A stretch of 64,000 bases of DNA from an uncultured Planctomycetaceae bacterium (GTDB lineage: Bacteria > Planctomycetota > Planctomycetia > Pirellulales > PALSA-1355): positions 128,001 through 192,000 of the forward strand of contig CAWAUV010000001.1 of the NCBI GenBank assembly GCA_963785305.1, given 5' to 3'. The notes below the pieces were generated by a model, which was not told the origin of the DNA, did no database searches, and worked only from the letters and a program-made list of their open reading frames with translations. A program made the translations under genes and the position numbers. This document shows, piece after piece, positions 30,094 through 41,100 of this stretch (its first letter is position 1; each line of letters starts with the position of its first letter).

Positions 30094-31174
30094 TCAATAC
30101 GCGTCTTCGTTCACCTGCTGACTGTCGTTCGACAGATTAATCAAATCCCACACACCGAGGGCCGTCGAGCTCGTGCCCAGGCCGATCGTATCGTCGAGCC
30201 AATGCACGCTACCATCGCAGAACACGCTTTGCACGCCGCCGGGATGCAGACTCCGCATTGTTTGCTGGTGGCTGTTATTGCCGCCATCGCAGCCCATGTT
30301 GAAGTTGTTTAGCATCGTGGTGCCGCCGAAATTCGCGCCGGTCGTATTGCAGCTAAAAACATCGTCGGCCTCGGGAGCCCAAGCATTCGGGCCGTTGTCG
30401 TCGCCGATATTTCCATGCGCGTAAAGACCACTCGCGCAGCCGCCCGACATCGCCCAAATGCCTCGGGCGTCGGTCGAATCGAGCCCGGCCCGAATCTCGC
30501 CGACCAGCACGGTCTTACTCGTGCCATCGGTAATTTGCTTCATCGAGAGCGAGACATTCGGGCCCATGACGCCGCGATAATAGGCTTGGGTCCAGCCCGT
30601 CGAGCTTGCTCCGAAGCTGCTATCTTGAAATTCCATCGAGCCGTTGGCGGCATAGTTGCCGCGCCCAGCCGAGCCCCAGGGAAGTGGCGGCGGTCGTTCC
30701 GTCGTACGCAACATTGTTATACGAATCGCTCGGGCAGAGCAGCGCTGGAATCACGGTCGAGCGGAAGACATAGTTCGAGCCATCGGTGATGTAGGCTTTG
30801 GTGTTGTAGAGCGTCAGCGTGTTTTTCTCTTCCATGAAGGGCATGATCATGATGATCCAATTCGGCCCCAGCGTCGTTTGCGGCATATTCGCGCTGCCGC
30901 TGTTCCAAAGGGCGCCCGGCGGAAAGATCTTTCGCGCGTCGTGGTAATTCTGCAGAGCGAGCCCGAGTTGCTTGAGGTTGTTGGCGCAACTCGACCTGCG
31001 GGCCGCTTCCCGGGCGGCTTGCACCGCCGGAAGCAAGAGCGCGATCAGCACGCCGATGATCGCGATCACGACAAGCAGTTCGACCAGAGTAAATGCCTGA
31101 CGCGCGCGCGCTCCGGTCGCGCGAGCCGCCGAGCGCGCTAGCAACCACGAATCCTGCCTACGAACAGACCGCAT
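30094..31174 (-). CDS. DUF1559 prepilin-type protein (frameshift near 30680)
   Basis: [62 protein letters not shown] over two ORFs. Confidence 0.92.
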
Positions 31175-31493
31175 TTTTTTCCGAACCCGAAGAGATGTGA
31201 AACCCCTGATCGCTCGGGGCGCCAACGGTCTTGAGCAAGTGCCGGGCCTCAAGAGACGGGCATTTTGCGGTTCGGCGCTTTGTGCGCGCGAACGCTCCTT
31301 GGATGGATCAATTAAAGGACCGACGAAGAAAGGAACAAAACCGTCGATAGGGGCGATGCCAACTCGAATCGAACCTCGGCCAGTCTCGCGAACCTATTGC
31401 CATGTTATAGCTTTGCACGCGGCGGTGCAAGAAAAAGAATCTGAAATTATTTGCGCGCTCGCAACCCGTCGCCCCCCCAACTGCACGGCGATT

Positions 31494-32465
31494 CTACCCC
31501 TCGCCCCCGCCGGGGCGGGACCACTTGCGCACCCAGGCCATCAGCGCCGCCGCCACCGGATCATCGGGTTTCGTGGCCCGCCACATGACGTCGATATGGT
31601 TCCGATTCTCGACCGGGAGCGTTTCCACGGTCACATGTTTATCGCGCAGCGCCTTGGCGAAGTCGAGCGCCATGTCCTCGGCAAATGGAAAGTCGTGATC
31701 GGCATGGATCAGCAGCATCGGCGGAGAACGCTCGCTCACGTGTTCGATCGGCGACGCCTGACGATGCAAGGCCGCGTCGTCGCCGAACACGCTCTTGAAC
31801 ATCGTTCCCGGCACAATGTAAACACCGCTGATCGCGACCACGGCCTTGATGTCGGCCAGCCCGAGGCCCTGCTCCGTGAGGTACGACTCGTCGGTGGCCA
31901 AAAGGGCCGCCAGGTGTCCGCCGGCGGAATGCCCGGCCACGAACAACCGCTCGCGGTCGCCGCCATAACGGGCAATATTGGCCCGCACCCAGGCAAAAGC
32001 TCGCGCCACGTCGCGAATATGCTCCGGATGCTGGACACTCGGCGACAAGCGGTAGTTGACCACGGCGCAACCGAGCCCGTGTTCGGCCAGCATGTGCCCG
32101 ATCGCGGCGTAAATGCCGAAATTCGATTTATCGCCCGCCATCCAAGCCCCGCCGTGAATGAACACCACCGTGGGATAATCGCTCGCGTTGCGGGGCAGGA
32201 ACAGATCGAGCCGATGCTTGGTGGCGTGGGCGTCGGCGCCATCGTAATACGCCAGGTCCTTATGCTCGTCGACAGCCAGCGGATTCTCGGGAACGCTCGC
32301 CGTGGGCTTTTCGGCGGGCTTTTCAGCTTCTTCGGCCGCCCATGCCGCCATCGGCCGCGACGGGGCCATCAGCGCCAGAATCACGCATAGCGGCGAAAAG
32401 CTCGCGATCGCGAGGCGCCGCAATTCAAAACGCGACGGTGGTGGCGGCGATGCGAAATTACGCAT
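31494..32465 (-). CDS. Secreted alpha/beta hydrolase (esterase, BD-FAE/arylformamidase-like)
   Basis: VFIHGGAW, NYRLSP, GHSAGGHL nucleophile motif. Confidence 0.88.
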   Translation of the reverse strand: MRNFASPPPPSRFELRRLAIASFSPLCVILALMAPSRPMAAWAAEEAEKPAEKPTASVPENPLAVDEHKDLAYYDGADAHATKHRLDLFLPRNASDYPTVVFIHGGAWMAGDKSNFGIYAAIGHMLAEHGLGCAVVNYRLSPSVQHPEHIRDVARAFAWVRANIARYGGDRERLFVAGHSAGGHLAALLATDESYLTEQGLGLADIKAVVAISGVYIVPGTMFKSVFGDDAALHRQASPIEHVSERSPPMLLIHADHDFPFAEDMALDFAKALRDKHVTVETLPVENRNHIDVMWRATKPDDPVAAALMAWVRKWSRPGGGEG

Positions 32466-32594
32466 GGGGCTCTCCTTGGCGCGGCGTCAGCGGACAAGCG
32501 GCGCGGGTCGCCCGATTATACGCGACTCCGCCGCGGCGAGCACTCAAAAACATGCAAGGGTTGGTGTTTGCCACCCCGATCATCCGGGCCCTGC

Positions 32595-33513
32595 TCAACG
32601 ATTCGGATCGTCGCCCGGCGCGGCGGCGCGGCGCGCGGTCGAGAGAGCGTGGCCGGTGCGCAGGTCGAGCGTTCGCGGCTCGCCTGTCGGACTTTCGAGC
32701 GAGCCTTGCTTGGTCGCATATTGTCGCAAAACGGCCAGCTTGTCGGCCGCGCGCGGATCGCCCGGCCGCTCGCTGCCGGGGGCGTGGCCCCACACAATGC
32801 GCGAGCCGCCGCGGGTGAGCAGATCGTAAAGAATATCATCGGTCGTGCGGACTCCGGCCGGAGGCACGATCGGCACAATGTCGCTCGAGCCGCAGGTTTT
32901 TCCAATCATCGGCCAGCGCCGCGGCCAACCTCGCGCCGCCAGCCACTCGGGCATCACCCCAGCGCGAACCTTGAGGCCCGACCGGCACTGTTTTGATCTC
33001 GGTAATGCGCGGATAGGCCGCCGCTTCCTCGGGCGTGAAATCATCGCTCGGCAGCAGCACGCCCTCGCCGTCGACCGGCAACAGGCCGCCGCTCACTTCG
33101 ACCATCGCCGCCGGTTTGCGGTAGTTCAACTCCACGACCAGCCGGGCCGGGTGGCTCTTGCTCACGCGGGTCACTTTGGCGACCCAGGGATGGAGCTGAA
33201 ATGCCTGAGCCACGCGCACCGTGACGCCTTCATCGATCAGCGACAGCCCGGAGTCGAGCCCTCCGCTGCGAATCACTTCGTTTTTGACATCGGCCCGAAT
33301 CCAGGCCGGCGGGGGCGTGATTGCGATATTGGCCGCTTCGATGCGATATTCCGACCGCGCGAGCACATGCCCGCGCACATGGTCCCACAGGGTGAGCCAC
33401 AGGCCGGCTCCCGAGGCCACGAGCACGGCAATGAGCAACAGCCAGCGAATGGCCCGACCCGCCCCGCGCGGCGCGGCGGCTGTCGCCGGCGGATCGGCCT
33501 TTTTGGCGGCCAT
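32595..33513 (-). CDS. FtsQ/DivIB-like protein (frameshift near 32880)
   Basis: Single N-terminal TM, POTRA-like HPWVAKV..V.K..P..L.V.L.YRKP.AMV, PVD.EGVLLP; position after murB. Confidence 0.7.
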
Positions 33514-33681
33514 TGAGGAGCCTCCTTGCCACTCAAAAAAATTGCCACTCCCGAAAAAACCGGTTTGGCCGCCCGAAATGGGAGGCCCTCTTTTCCGGCC
33601 CGCTGGCATCGTGCCCAAAGAGGCCGCGCCGAAAAAAAAGTCGCTGGAATCGAAATTCGCGAATTCCGCGTGCCTATTAGG

Positions 33682-34560
33682 CTACCAGACCTCGATTTCC
33701 AACTCCAGTTCGATTCCGAGGCGTTCGCCGACGCGCGACCGGACAAGATCGACCAAATCGAGCACATCGCGGCTCGTGGCGCCGGGCGTGGTGACGATGA
33801 AATTAGCGTGGCGATCGCTCACCGTGGCCTGCCCGACCGCGGCGCCTTTGAGCCCGCATTGATCGATGAGCATGCCGGCGCTCATGCCTCGCGGATTTTT
33901 GAACACACAGCCGGCGCTCTGATGACTCAGCGGCTGGGCGGCCTTTTTGATGATCCACTGCTTCTGCATTCGCTTGGTGAGATCATCGGGATCATCGCGC
34001 TCCAGGCGAATTTGAGCTTCCAAGATCACCAGTTCATCGAGCGAGCTTTGGCGATAGGAAAACACGAGCTCTTCGCGCTGGCGCTGCTCGATTTCGCCGG
34101 CGCGGTTCATCACCGTGGCCCGGCAGGTCCACTGGCCGATGTCGCCGCTACGGCTGCCAGCGTTGCCGCGGAGCGCGCCGCCCAGGGCGCCGGGAATGCC
34201 GACCAGGGTTTCCAGGCCGGCGAGCCCGTGGCGCACGGCGGTCGAGATCACATGGCCGAGCTTCGCGCCGGCGCCCGCGGAGATGGTCTGATCGTCGACC
34301 GAGATTTCGCTAAACGCCGGCGCCGAAAGATGGATCACGGCGCCCGCCACGCCTTCGTCTCGCACCAGCACATTCGAGCCGCCGCCCAAAAGCCGCACCG
34401 GGGTCTGCGTCTCGTGGCAATGGCGCACCACCGCCGCCAGCTCCTCGATGCTCTCGGGCTGAATGAAGTATTCGGCCGGCCCACCCAGATGGAACCAGGT
34501 GTGCCGGGCCAGCAGCTCTTGCCGCCGCGTGATTTTTTCAAAGCCTGTGAATGATGCCAT
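33682..34560 (-). CDS. murB: UDP-N-acetylenolpyruvoylglucosamine reductase
   Basis: GGPA, LGGGSNVLV.D.G, GIPG..GGA...NAG, FSYRQS, SAGCVFKNP, HANF, ELEI. Confidence 0.96.
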   Translation of the reverse strand: MASFTGFEKITRRQELLARHTWFHLGGPAEYFIQPESIEELAAVVRHCHETQTPVRLLGGGSNVLVRDEGVAGAVIHLSAPAFSEISVDDQTISAGAGAKLGHVISTAVRHGLAGLETLVGIPGALGGALRGNAGSRSGDIGQWTCRATVMNRAGEIEQRQREELVFSYRQSSLDELVILEAQIRLERDDPDDLTKRMQKQWIIKKAAQPLSHQSAGCVFKNPRGMSAGMLIDQCGLKGAAVGQATVSDRHANFIVTTPGATSRDVLDLVDLVRSRVGERLGIELELEIEVW

Positions 34561-35978
34561 GCGCTATTTTTCCGATGTTTCCGGCGCCTATCGTCACCAA
34601 AACGTCGCCGGGCCGCAAGTCCCGCGCGAGCCGCAAGGCAATTTCCTCCGCCGCATGGGTCGAGGCGACCGATGCGCCACCAGCACGAACCGCCGCTGCT
34701 AGCTGCCGACTCACGGCGCGGGCATCGGGCGCGGGCGCCGACTCCCGAGCCAAGAACGTGTCGACGATGAGGACCTTCTCCGCATTTTGCAGATTCCGGG
34801 CGAACTCGTCCAGCATCGCGCGGGCCCGGACAGCCTGATGCGGCTCAAACACGGCCCACACCCGCCGCCCGGGAAACGCCTGGCGCACCGCCGCGAGCGT
34901 GGCCGCGACCGCGGTCGGATGATGGGCATAATCATCGACCACGGTCACGCCCGCCGCATGCCCCAGCACTTCGAGCCGCCGCTCCAGCCCGGCGAAATCC
35001 GCAAGCGCCGCGAGGATTGTTGCGTCGTCGACGCCCAAGATCGAAGCCACGGCGATCGCCGCCAGGGCATTCGAGACATTATGAGCGCCGAGCACTTTGA
35101 GCGAAACGGGGCCGAGCCGGTTCTTTCCAGCCTCGCCGCGCGAATGGCGTCGGGCCATCGCGGCCACCGACCGCTCGACCGAAAAGCTGTAATAGCCGGC
35201 GCTTTGCGCGATATCCACGGCGCGCGAATCCGCGTCGCCCGCGAGACCAAAGGTCAAAGCGTTTTTCACCCCACTCTCGCGGCCAATCGCCCGCGCGTTC
35301 TGACAATCGGCTGAAACCAAGAGCAAACTTTCCGCCGCCAGCCCGGCCACGAAGCTTCGAAACGCTGCCCGAGTATCGCCCGGCGTGGGAAAACAATCCA
35401 CGTGGTCCCATTCGATATTTAAAATCACCGCGATCTCGGGCCGCAAATGGCAAAAATGTCGGCGATACTCACAAGCCTCGGCCACGAGCCACGGCCCCCG
35501 GCCCAATAAGCCGCCACTTCGCGCGCCCCGTGGCGAAGCGCCGACGAGCGCGGTGGGGTCGAGCCCTCCGGCCGTGAGCAGCGCGGCCATCAGGAGGGCG
35601 GCGGTCGACTTGCCATGCGACCCGGCCACGGCCACTCCGCGGCGAGCCCGCATCAGCCGGCCAAGCATTCGCGGATAGCCGAGCGTGGGGATGCCGAGCG
35701 CCCGAGCCGCGCGAAGTTCCACATTGTCGCTCGCTACGGCGGGACTATGAATCACAAGCTCGCAACCGCGAGGCACGTTGACGGCGGAGTGCCCAGTCGT
35801 GGCGAGATCGGAGCTGGTTATCCGCCATTGCGCTTGTCGCAGCACCGCGGCGAGCGACCGCATTCCCGCGCCGGACGCTCCGACCGAGATGGGCCGACGC
35901 AGGGCTCAGCCAACTGGGCGCCGCCGTCTCGGGCTCGATGAGGGACGATGGAGACGGCATGGTGCGCGACATTGTCAT
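34538..35978 (-). CDS. murC: UDP-N-acetylmuramate--L-alanine ligase (frameshift near 35885)
   Basis: AHL(V)GASGAGMRSLA, AVAGSHGKST, EACEY, NIEWDH.D, DDYAHHPT, FEPH, GAGNI. Confidence 0.9.
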
Positions 35979-36026
35979 GGGATCCCGATGCCGAGTGGCG
36001 CCAGCGATAAGGGAAACATGCGCCAT

Positions 36027-37122
36027 TCAAGCCGCCAGGGACCGTGAACGTCGCTGGACCAGTGGCGCCAGCAGCGCTTCGAGCGAGGCCAGGCCCGCGT
36101 CGAGCCGTGCTTCTGCCCGCAGGGCCCACAGCGGCTTCGAGCCCAAGCGGGCTACCGGCAATTTGACGAGGTCCTTATGCGTACACACGATCGCTTCGAC
36201 CGGCAGCGAATCGGCCCAAGCCGCGAGCTCCCCGATATCGCGATCCGAATATAGATGGTGATCGCCATAGTCCCGCGCGGCGACGATCTTACAGCCAGCG
36301 TTCGACAGCGAGTAATGAAAGCCAGCCGGATTGCCGATTCCACACCAGCGCCGCCACCCGCATTCCGCCGAGCCGATCAAGCGACGATTCCTCGCCGCCA
36401 CTCGTGCGCAAAGCCACCGGCGCATGCCGCATTTCCAACCACGCGGCGCCGGGAGCCAAATTCATGTACCGCTGGCGGATCGTTTCGCGCTCGGGGCGAT
36501 CGATCATATCGGCCCGCGTCAGGCCGATTACCCGCGCAGGCGGGCGCCGGCGAGCGGCTCTCGAAGCGTGCCGCGGGGGAACACATGCTCAAAGCCAAAC
36601 GGCTCGCAAGCGTCGACCAGTAGAATATCGAGATCGCGATACACGCGGCGATGTTGAAAGGCGTCGTCGAGCAGCAGCAGTTCGGCGCCGTGCTGGTCGA
36701 TCGCGCGCTGGCAAGCCGATAATCGGTCGGCATGTTGGCAATGCGGAACACCCGGAAGTTTCTCGGCGAGCTCTCGCGCCTCGTCGTTGAGCCTTTCGAT
36801 ATCGGGTGAATCGCCCGACGCGGGCGCCCCGTAGCCGCGGCTCACGATCGCCACCCGCACTCCCCGCGCCACGAGCCACCGGGCCAGCCATTCGACAAAC
36901 GGAGTCTTGCCCACCCCGCCCAAAGTAAGATTGCCGACACTAATCACCGGCGCCGACACGCGACGCGGCACGGCTCGGCCGGTGTCGTAGCGCCAATTGC
37001 GCAGCGCGCATCGCCGCCGCATAGGGCGTTTCCAGCAAGCGCAACACGGCGCGCAGGACAATGTCGCTCGCTCGCGCGCGGCGTCCGCTAACCAACTCGC
37101 GAAAATCGTGGCCTCGCATCAT
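36027..37122 (-). CDS. lpxK: Tetraacyldisaccharide 4'-kinase (several frameshifts)
   Basis: VISVGNLTLGGVGKTP, SRGYG, NDEA, LLDDAFQH, PRG.LREP, CGIGNP..F, DHH.Y, CTHKD.VKL. Confidence 0.9.
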
Positions 37123-37241
37123 GGCGGCATCATAGCCGAGACCGGGCCGCGAAGCCGAGAGCATTCCGGGCCGGAGAATCAGAGCCGCCTCCATTCCCCG
37201 GAGCCTCGAAAGGCCGTCGCGACGCCATTTCGATTCGCTTA

Positions 37242-37318
37242 CAGCCTATTCGAGAACTTCGGCGGGCCCTCGCCCTCCCCTCTCCCAAAGGGACAGGGGA
37301 AACTCGCCGGATAGGCTC
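37242..37318. repeat. 77-bp MITE/REP-like element, copy 2 (inverted relative to copy 1)
   Basis: Reverse complement aligns without gaps to 11077-11153 (64/77 identical by hand count); flanked by TTA...TTA. Confidence 0.85.
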
Positions 37319-38182
37319 TTACGCCACCGCCACCGGGTTTCGCAAGCGGCCGATGCCGGCAATTTCGATTTCCACCACGTCGCCCGCCGCCAGCGTGAAA
37401 TCGCGGTCGGGCACGATTCCGGCGCCGGTCAGCAGAAACACGCCCTGGGGGAATGAATTCGAGCGGCCCAGCCAGCCGATCAGTTCCTCGAACGAACGCA
37501 CGAGCTGATCGGAACTGGTCTCGCCCGAAAAAACCACGCCGCCGCCGCGCTCGATGCGCATCGCAATGGCAAAGGGCTTGACTCGCGGGGCGTCGAACAG
37601 CGTGACCCAGGGGCCAAGACCGCAGCAGGCGTCGTAGACTTTGGCCTGCGGCAAATAGAGCGGATTCTCGCCCTCGATATCGCGGCTGCTCATGTCGTTG
37701 CCAATCGTGAAGCCGGCCAGTCGCATCCGCGAGTCGATGACCAGCGTGAGCTCCGGCTCGGGCACATTCCAGGTGGCGTCGCGGCGAATGCAAACCGGCG
37801 CCCCGGGCCCAACGACGCGATGCGGAGTCGCCTTGAAGAATAGTTCCGGTCGCGGGGCGGCATACACGCGATCATAGAGCGAAGCGGCGGCGTCGGATTC
37901 CTCCATTCGCGCCGTCTTGCTGCGGCGATAGGTGACTCCGGCGGCCCAGACTTCTTGCCGATCGATCGGCGCGAGCAGCCGCACATCGCCCAGTGGCAAC
38001 GATCCGTTTCGCGACTCGGTGAGCTCCCGCGCGATCGCGAAGCAATCGTCGGCGCCGAGAATCTCGCTGAGCGAGCCGAATTGCGGATGCGGCCGCGCTG
38101 GATAGACCCGCTCATCGGCAATGCGCGCCACGGCGACGACGCCATCGGGCAGGAGACACTTGGCGAGATGGATCGAGCTCAT
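37319..38182 (-). CDS. Fumarylacetoacetate hydrolase family protein (2-keto-3-deoxypentonate dehydratase-like)
   Basis: [51 protein letters not shown]. Confidence 0.92.
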   Translation of the reverse strand: MSSIHLAKCLLPDGVVAVARIADERVYPARPHPQFGSLSEILGADDCFAIARELTESRNGSLPLGDVRLLAPIDRQEVWAAGVTYRRSKTARMEESDAAASLYDRVYAAPRPELFFKATPHRVVGPGAPVCIRRDATWNVPEPELTLVIDSRMRLAGFTIGNDMSSRDIEGENPLYLPQAKVYDACCGLGPWVTLFDAPRVKPFAIAMRIERGGGVVFSGETSSDQLVRSFEELIGWLGRSNSFPQGVFLLTGAGIVPDRDFTLAAGDVVEIEIAGIGRLRNPVAVA

Positions 38183-41100
38183 GGTTTCGTGTCGCTCGCC
38201 GGCGCATCGGCCGCCGGCAGTGAATGAATATAGTCCCAAAGCGCGTCGAACTGGAGCACGGCGTCGCCCTGCATTCGTCCGGTCACGGCCGTGTGGCGCC
38301 GATCGGTGGTGAAACGCGGCATCTTCGACCGCGGGTCGATGCGGAGCGGATCGAGCATCCAGCGGCGATAATAGCCGATGCGCATTCGCTCCGCCACATG
38401 CGGAAAACTCACGCCTTGGGCGTTGTTTTCTTGCTTCTGGGTAACGCCATCGATCGAATGGCATTGCCGGCAATCGAGGCCGCCTTGCTTGACGCTCAGC
38501 TCGCGGCCGATGTCGACGCTGGCGGCCAATTGCCGCGGAGTCTTCAGCCAAGTCGCCTCGCGCGGCGGACGATCGCCGGCCACCGGATCCGGATCCTCGG
38601 GCGCCATGCCATGCTGCGCCGCGAGCCCCAAGGCGATCGCTTCGCCGCGGCCCGAAAAAGTCGGCATTCGCGCTTTGAGCCACGGCCGGGCCTGATATGG
38701 CAGCGTGCCTTCGATGAGTCGCTTCGTCCAAGCGGTTTGCAATTTTTCGCCGACCCAAGTAAGCGAGGGGATTCCCTCGGGCGGGAAGCCTTGCGTGCCC
38801 TCTTCATCGAGCACGGCGGCCATGGCGGTGGCTTGGGAATCGCGGGCATGGCAAGCAGCGCAGCGCAGCGTCTTCATCTCGCGCGCCGCGATCTCCGCCG
38901 GAGCGTCGCGCCACGCGGGGCGATCGCCAGCGGCGATAAATGCTCGCAGGGCCGCGAGCTCGGTGGCGGTGAAGTTGTATTCGGGAGCGGCCGGGGGGAG
39001 GGTTGATGGGTCGGCTTTTTCTCGCGTGGCGCGAGGCGTCAAACAACCGCGTTTCGTCTCGGCATCCTTCGGCCATTCGACGCGCGTGGGCAGTTCGCGT
39101 TGTGGGCCGTGGGAGTGACACTGCCCACAGCCCGACTTGGCGAACCAAGCTTTGCCACGCTCGGCCGCCGCGGCATGATCGGGGGCGGGGCGGTTCCGAT
39201 CGCCGCTGACTGCCTCTTGGGCGGCTGGGACCTTCGAGCGCACAAACGCCGCGAGCGAATTGCGCTCCTCGGTCGACAAATGAAAATTCGGCATCCGTGT
39301 CGCCGCGAAATGGGCTTCCGGCCGAGCCAAGAACTGTTCGAGCCGGCCCGGTGGAAATTTCTTCGCCACATTCGCCAGCGACACTCGGCCGAATGCGTCT
39401 TTGGCCTCCGGCGGCGTAAGGCGATGGCACTGGATGCAGCCCAAGTCTTCATGGAGCGTCTCGCCCCGCGCGACGAGCTCGCCCGCGCCGGCCATCGGCG
39501 CCGCATCGCCCTCGGGCGCCGCCGCCCCGTCGATGGAAGCCAAATACGCCGCGATGTCGGCCGCTTGTCGCTGGGCGGTCGCCTCGGGCCGATCCACCAA
39601 TACCTTCGGCATCGTGACATCGTCGCGCTGCGAACGGGGATCGAGCAGCCACTCCGTCAGCCAGCTTTCGCGCAGCCGGCTTCCGATTTCGTCGAACCGT
39701 GGTCCCGGTCGCCGCATGCCGAGCGCCTCATGACAGTTTCCGCAACGAGCCGCCTGGAATAGATCATGGCCCGCGCGCCACAACTCGCTCGCCACAAGTT
39801 CCGGATCTCGCGTGTCGTGCCAGAGCATCGTCGGCGGAACTGGCTCGGTGGTAAACGCGGCCGACGACCACAATAGCCGGCAAGCGGCATCGCCTTGCCG
39901 TGGACTCGTATACGCGATGCGCACACGATTCAGCCCTTTATGCAGCACCACCTCCGCCGACGCCGCCGCCGCCGCGAGATCAGGTCCGGCCGCCACGAGC
40001 GTTTCGGCATCGTTTATCCACAGTCGCGCCGAGCCGGCGCCGGCGAATGAAAAGCGGTAGGCGCCACGAAGATCGAGCCTTATGAATCCATTGGCTTCGG
40101 CCATGAATGGCCCGGCTTCGAGCGTCATGCTGGGCGCTTCGTCCGCGGGCGATGTCCACGCCGCCAGCCGGGCGACGCGCGCCGCCCGCGGGTTGGCGCC
40201 CGGGCCGCGCGGCGTTTTTCGAGGCCCGGCGTGTTCAAACGCCACCGCCAAGCCCGCCGCGAGCGATGCCGCGTCGATATCCACCACCGGCGTCGTCCCG
40301 TGCGCCGGCGTCGTGGGCTGCGTGCGAACATCGTTCGGCAGGGCGCCGAGCGCATGGATCGTGCCATACAGCGCCGAGTCGAACGCCTCGCCATCGCGGG
40401 CCTTGAGCGTCGCCCGCATGCCGATCTGCATCACCGGCTGGAGATCCTCGATGGCGAGAAACACCGTGCGCCCGTCTGGTTGAAGCACCGCGGCCGTCAC
40501 GGGCCAGGTGTCGAGGCCTTCGGTCTTGGGGGCCGATGGTTTGAAGTCGGGCGAGCCATATGCTCCCGTCCAGCGGTAGTTCCAAGCTTGAACATCGTAG
40601 TTGTCGATATCTTCGGCCATCGCGCGGTCGAGCGGCCGGGAATACGTCACGAGCATGCCGCCGGAGACGAAGTGAAACGCCACCGGCGCATTGAGCGGCG
40701 CTCCCGTGTAGCGCACTCGCTGGAAGCAGCCATCGCGTTTGGCGTTGGTTTGCCAGCCTTGTAGACCGGTAACGTAGAGCTGGCCATCGCGTGGAGAAAA
40801 GCGACCGCGCATGGCGCCGGATTCGAATTCGATTCCAAGCGACATAATGGCGCCCTGCTGACGCGAGCCAACCGTTTCGCGCATCGCCGCCAGCAGCGAG
40901 CAGCGGCCATAGGAAAGGTGCAGGAGGTCGCCGCTCAAAGGCCCCCAGCCCGTGGCCGGCGCCCAAACTTGGCCTCCCGAGGAATTGTCGAGCGGTCGCG
41001 GAATCCAGCACAGCGGCGGGTCGTAAGTCGTGGGCTCCGCGGGTCGATGATGCGAAGTCATCATGCCGCAGAAGTCGCCTTCGCGCACGGCGAAGATCGC

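Noticed and set aside
34538..37122. murC and lpxK as true pseudogenes
   Set aside because: Catalytic motifs are intact across the frame breaks and the same indel pattern occurs window-wide, so assembly error is more likely
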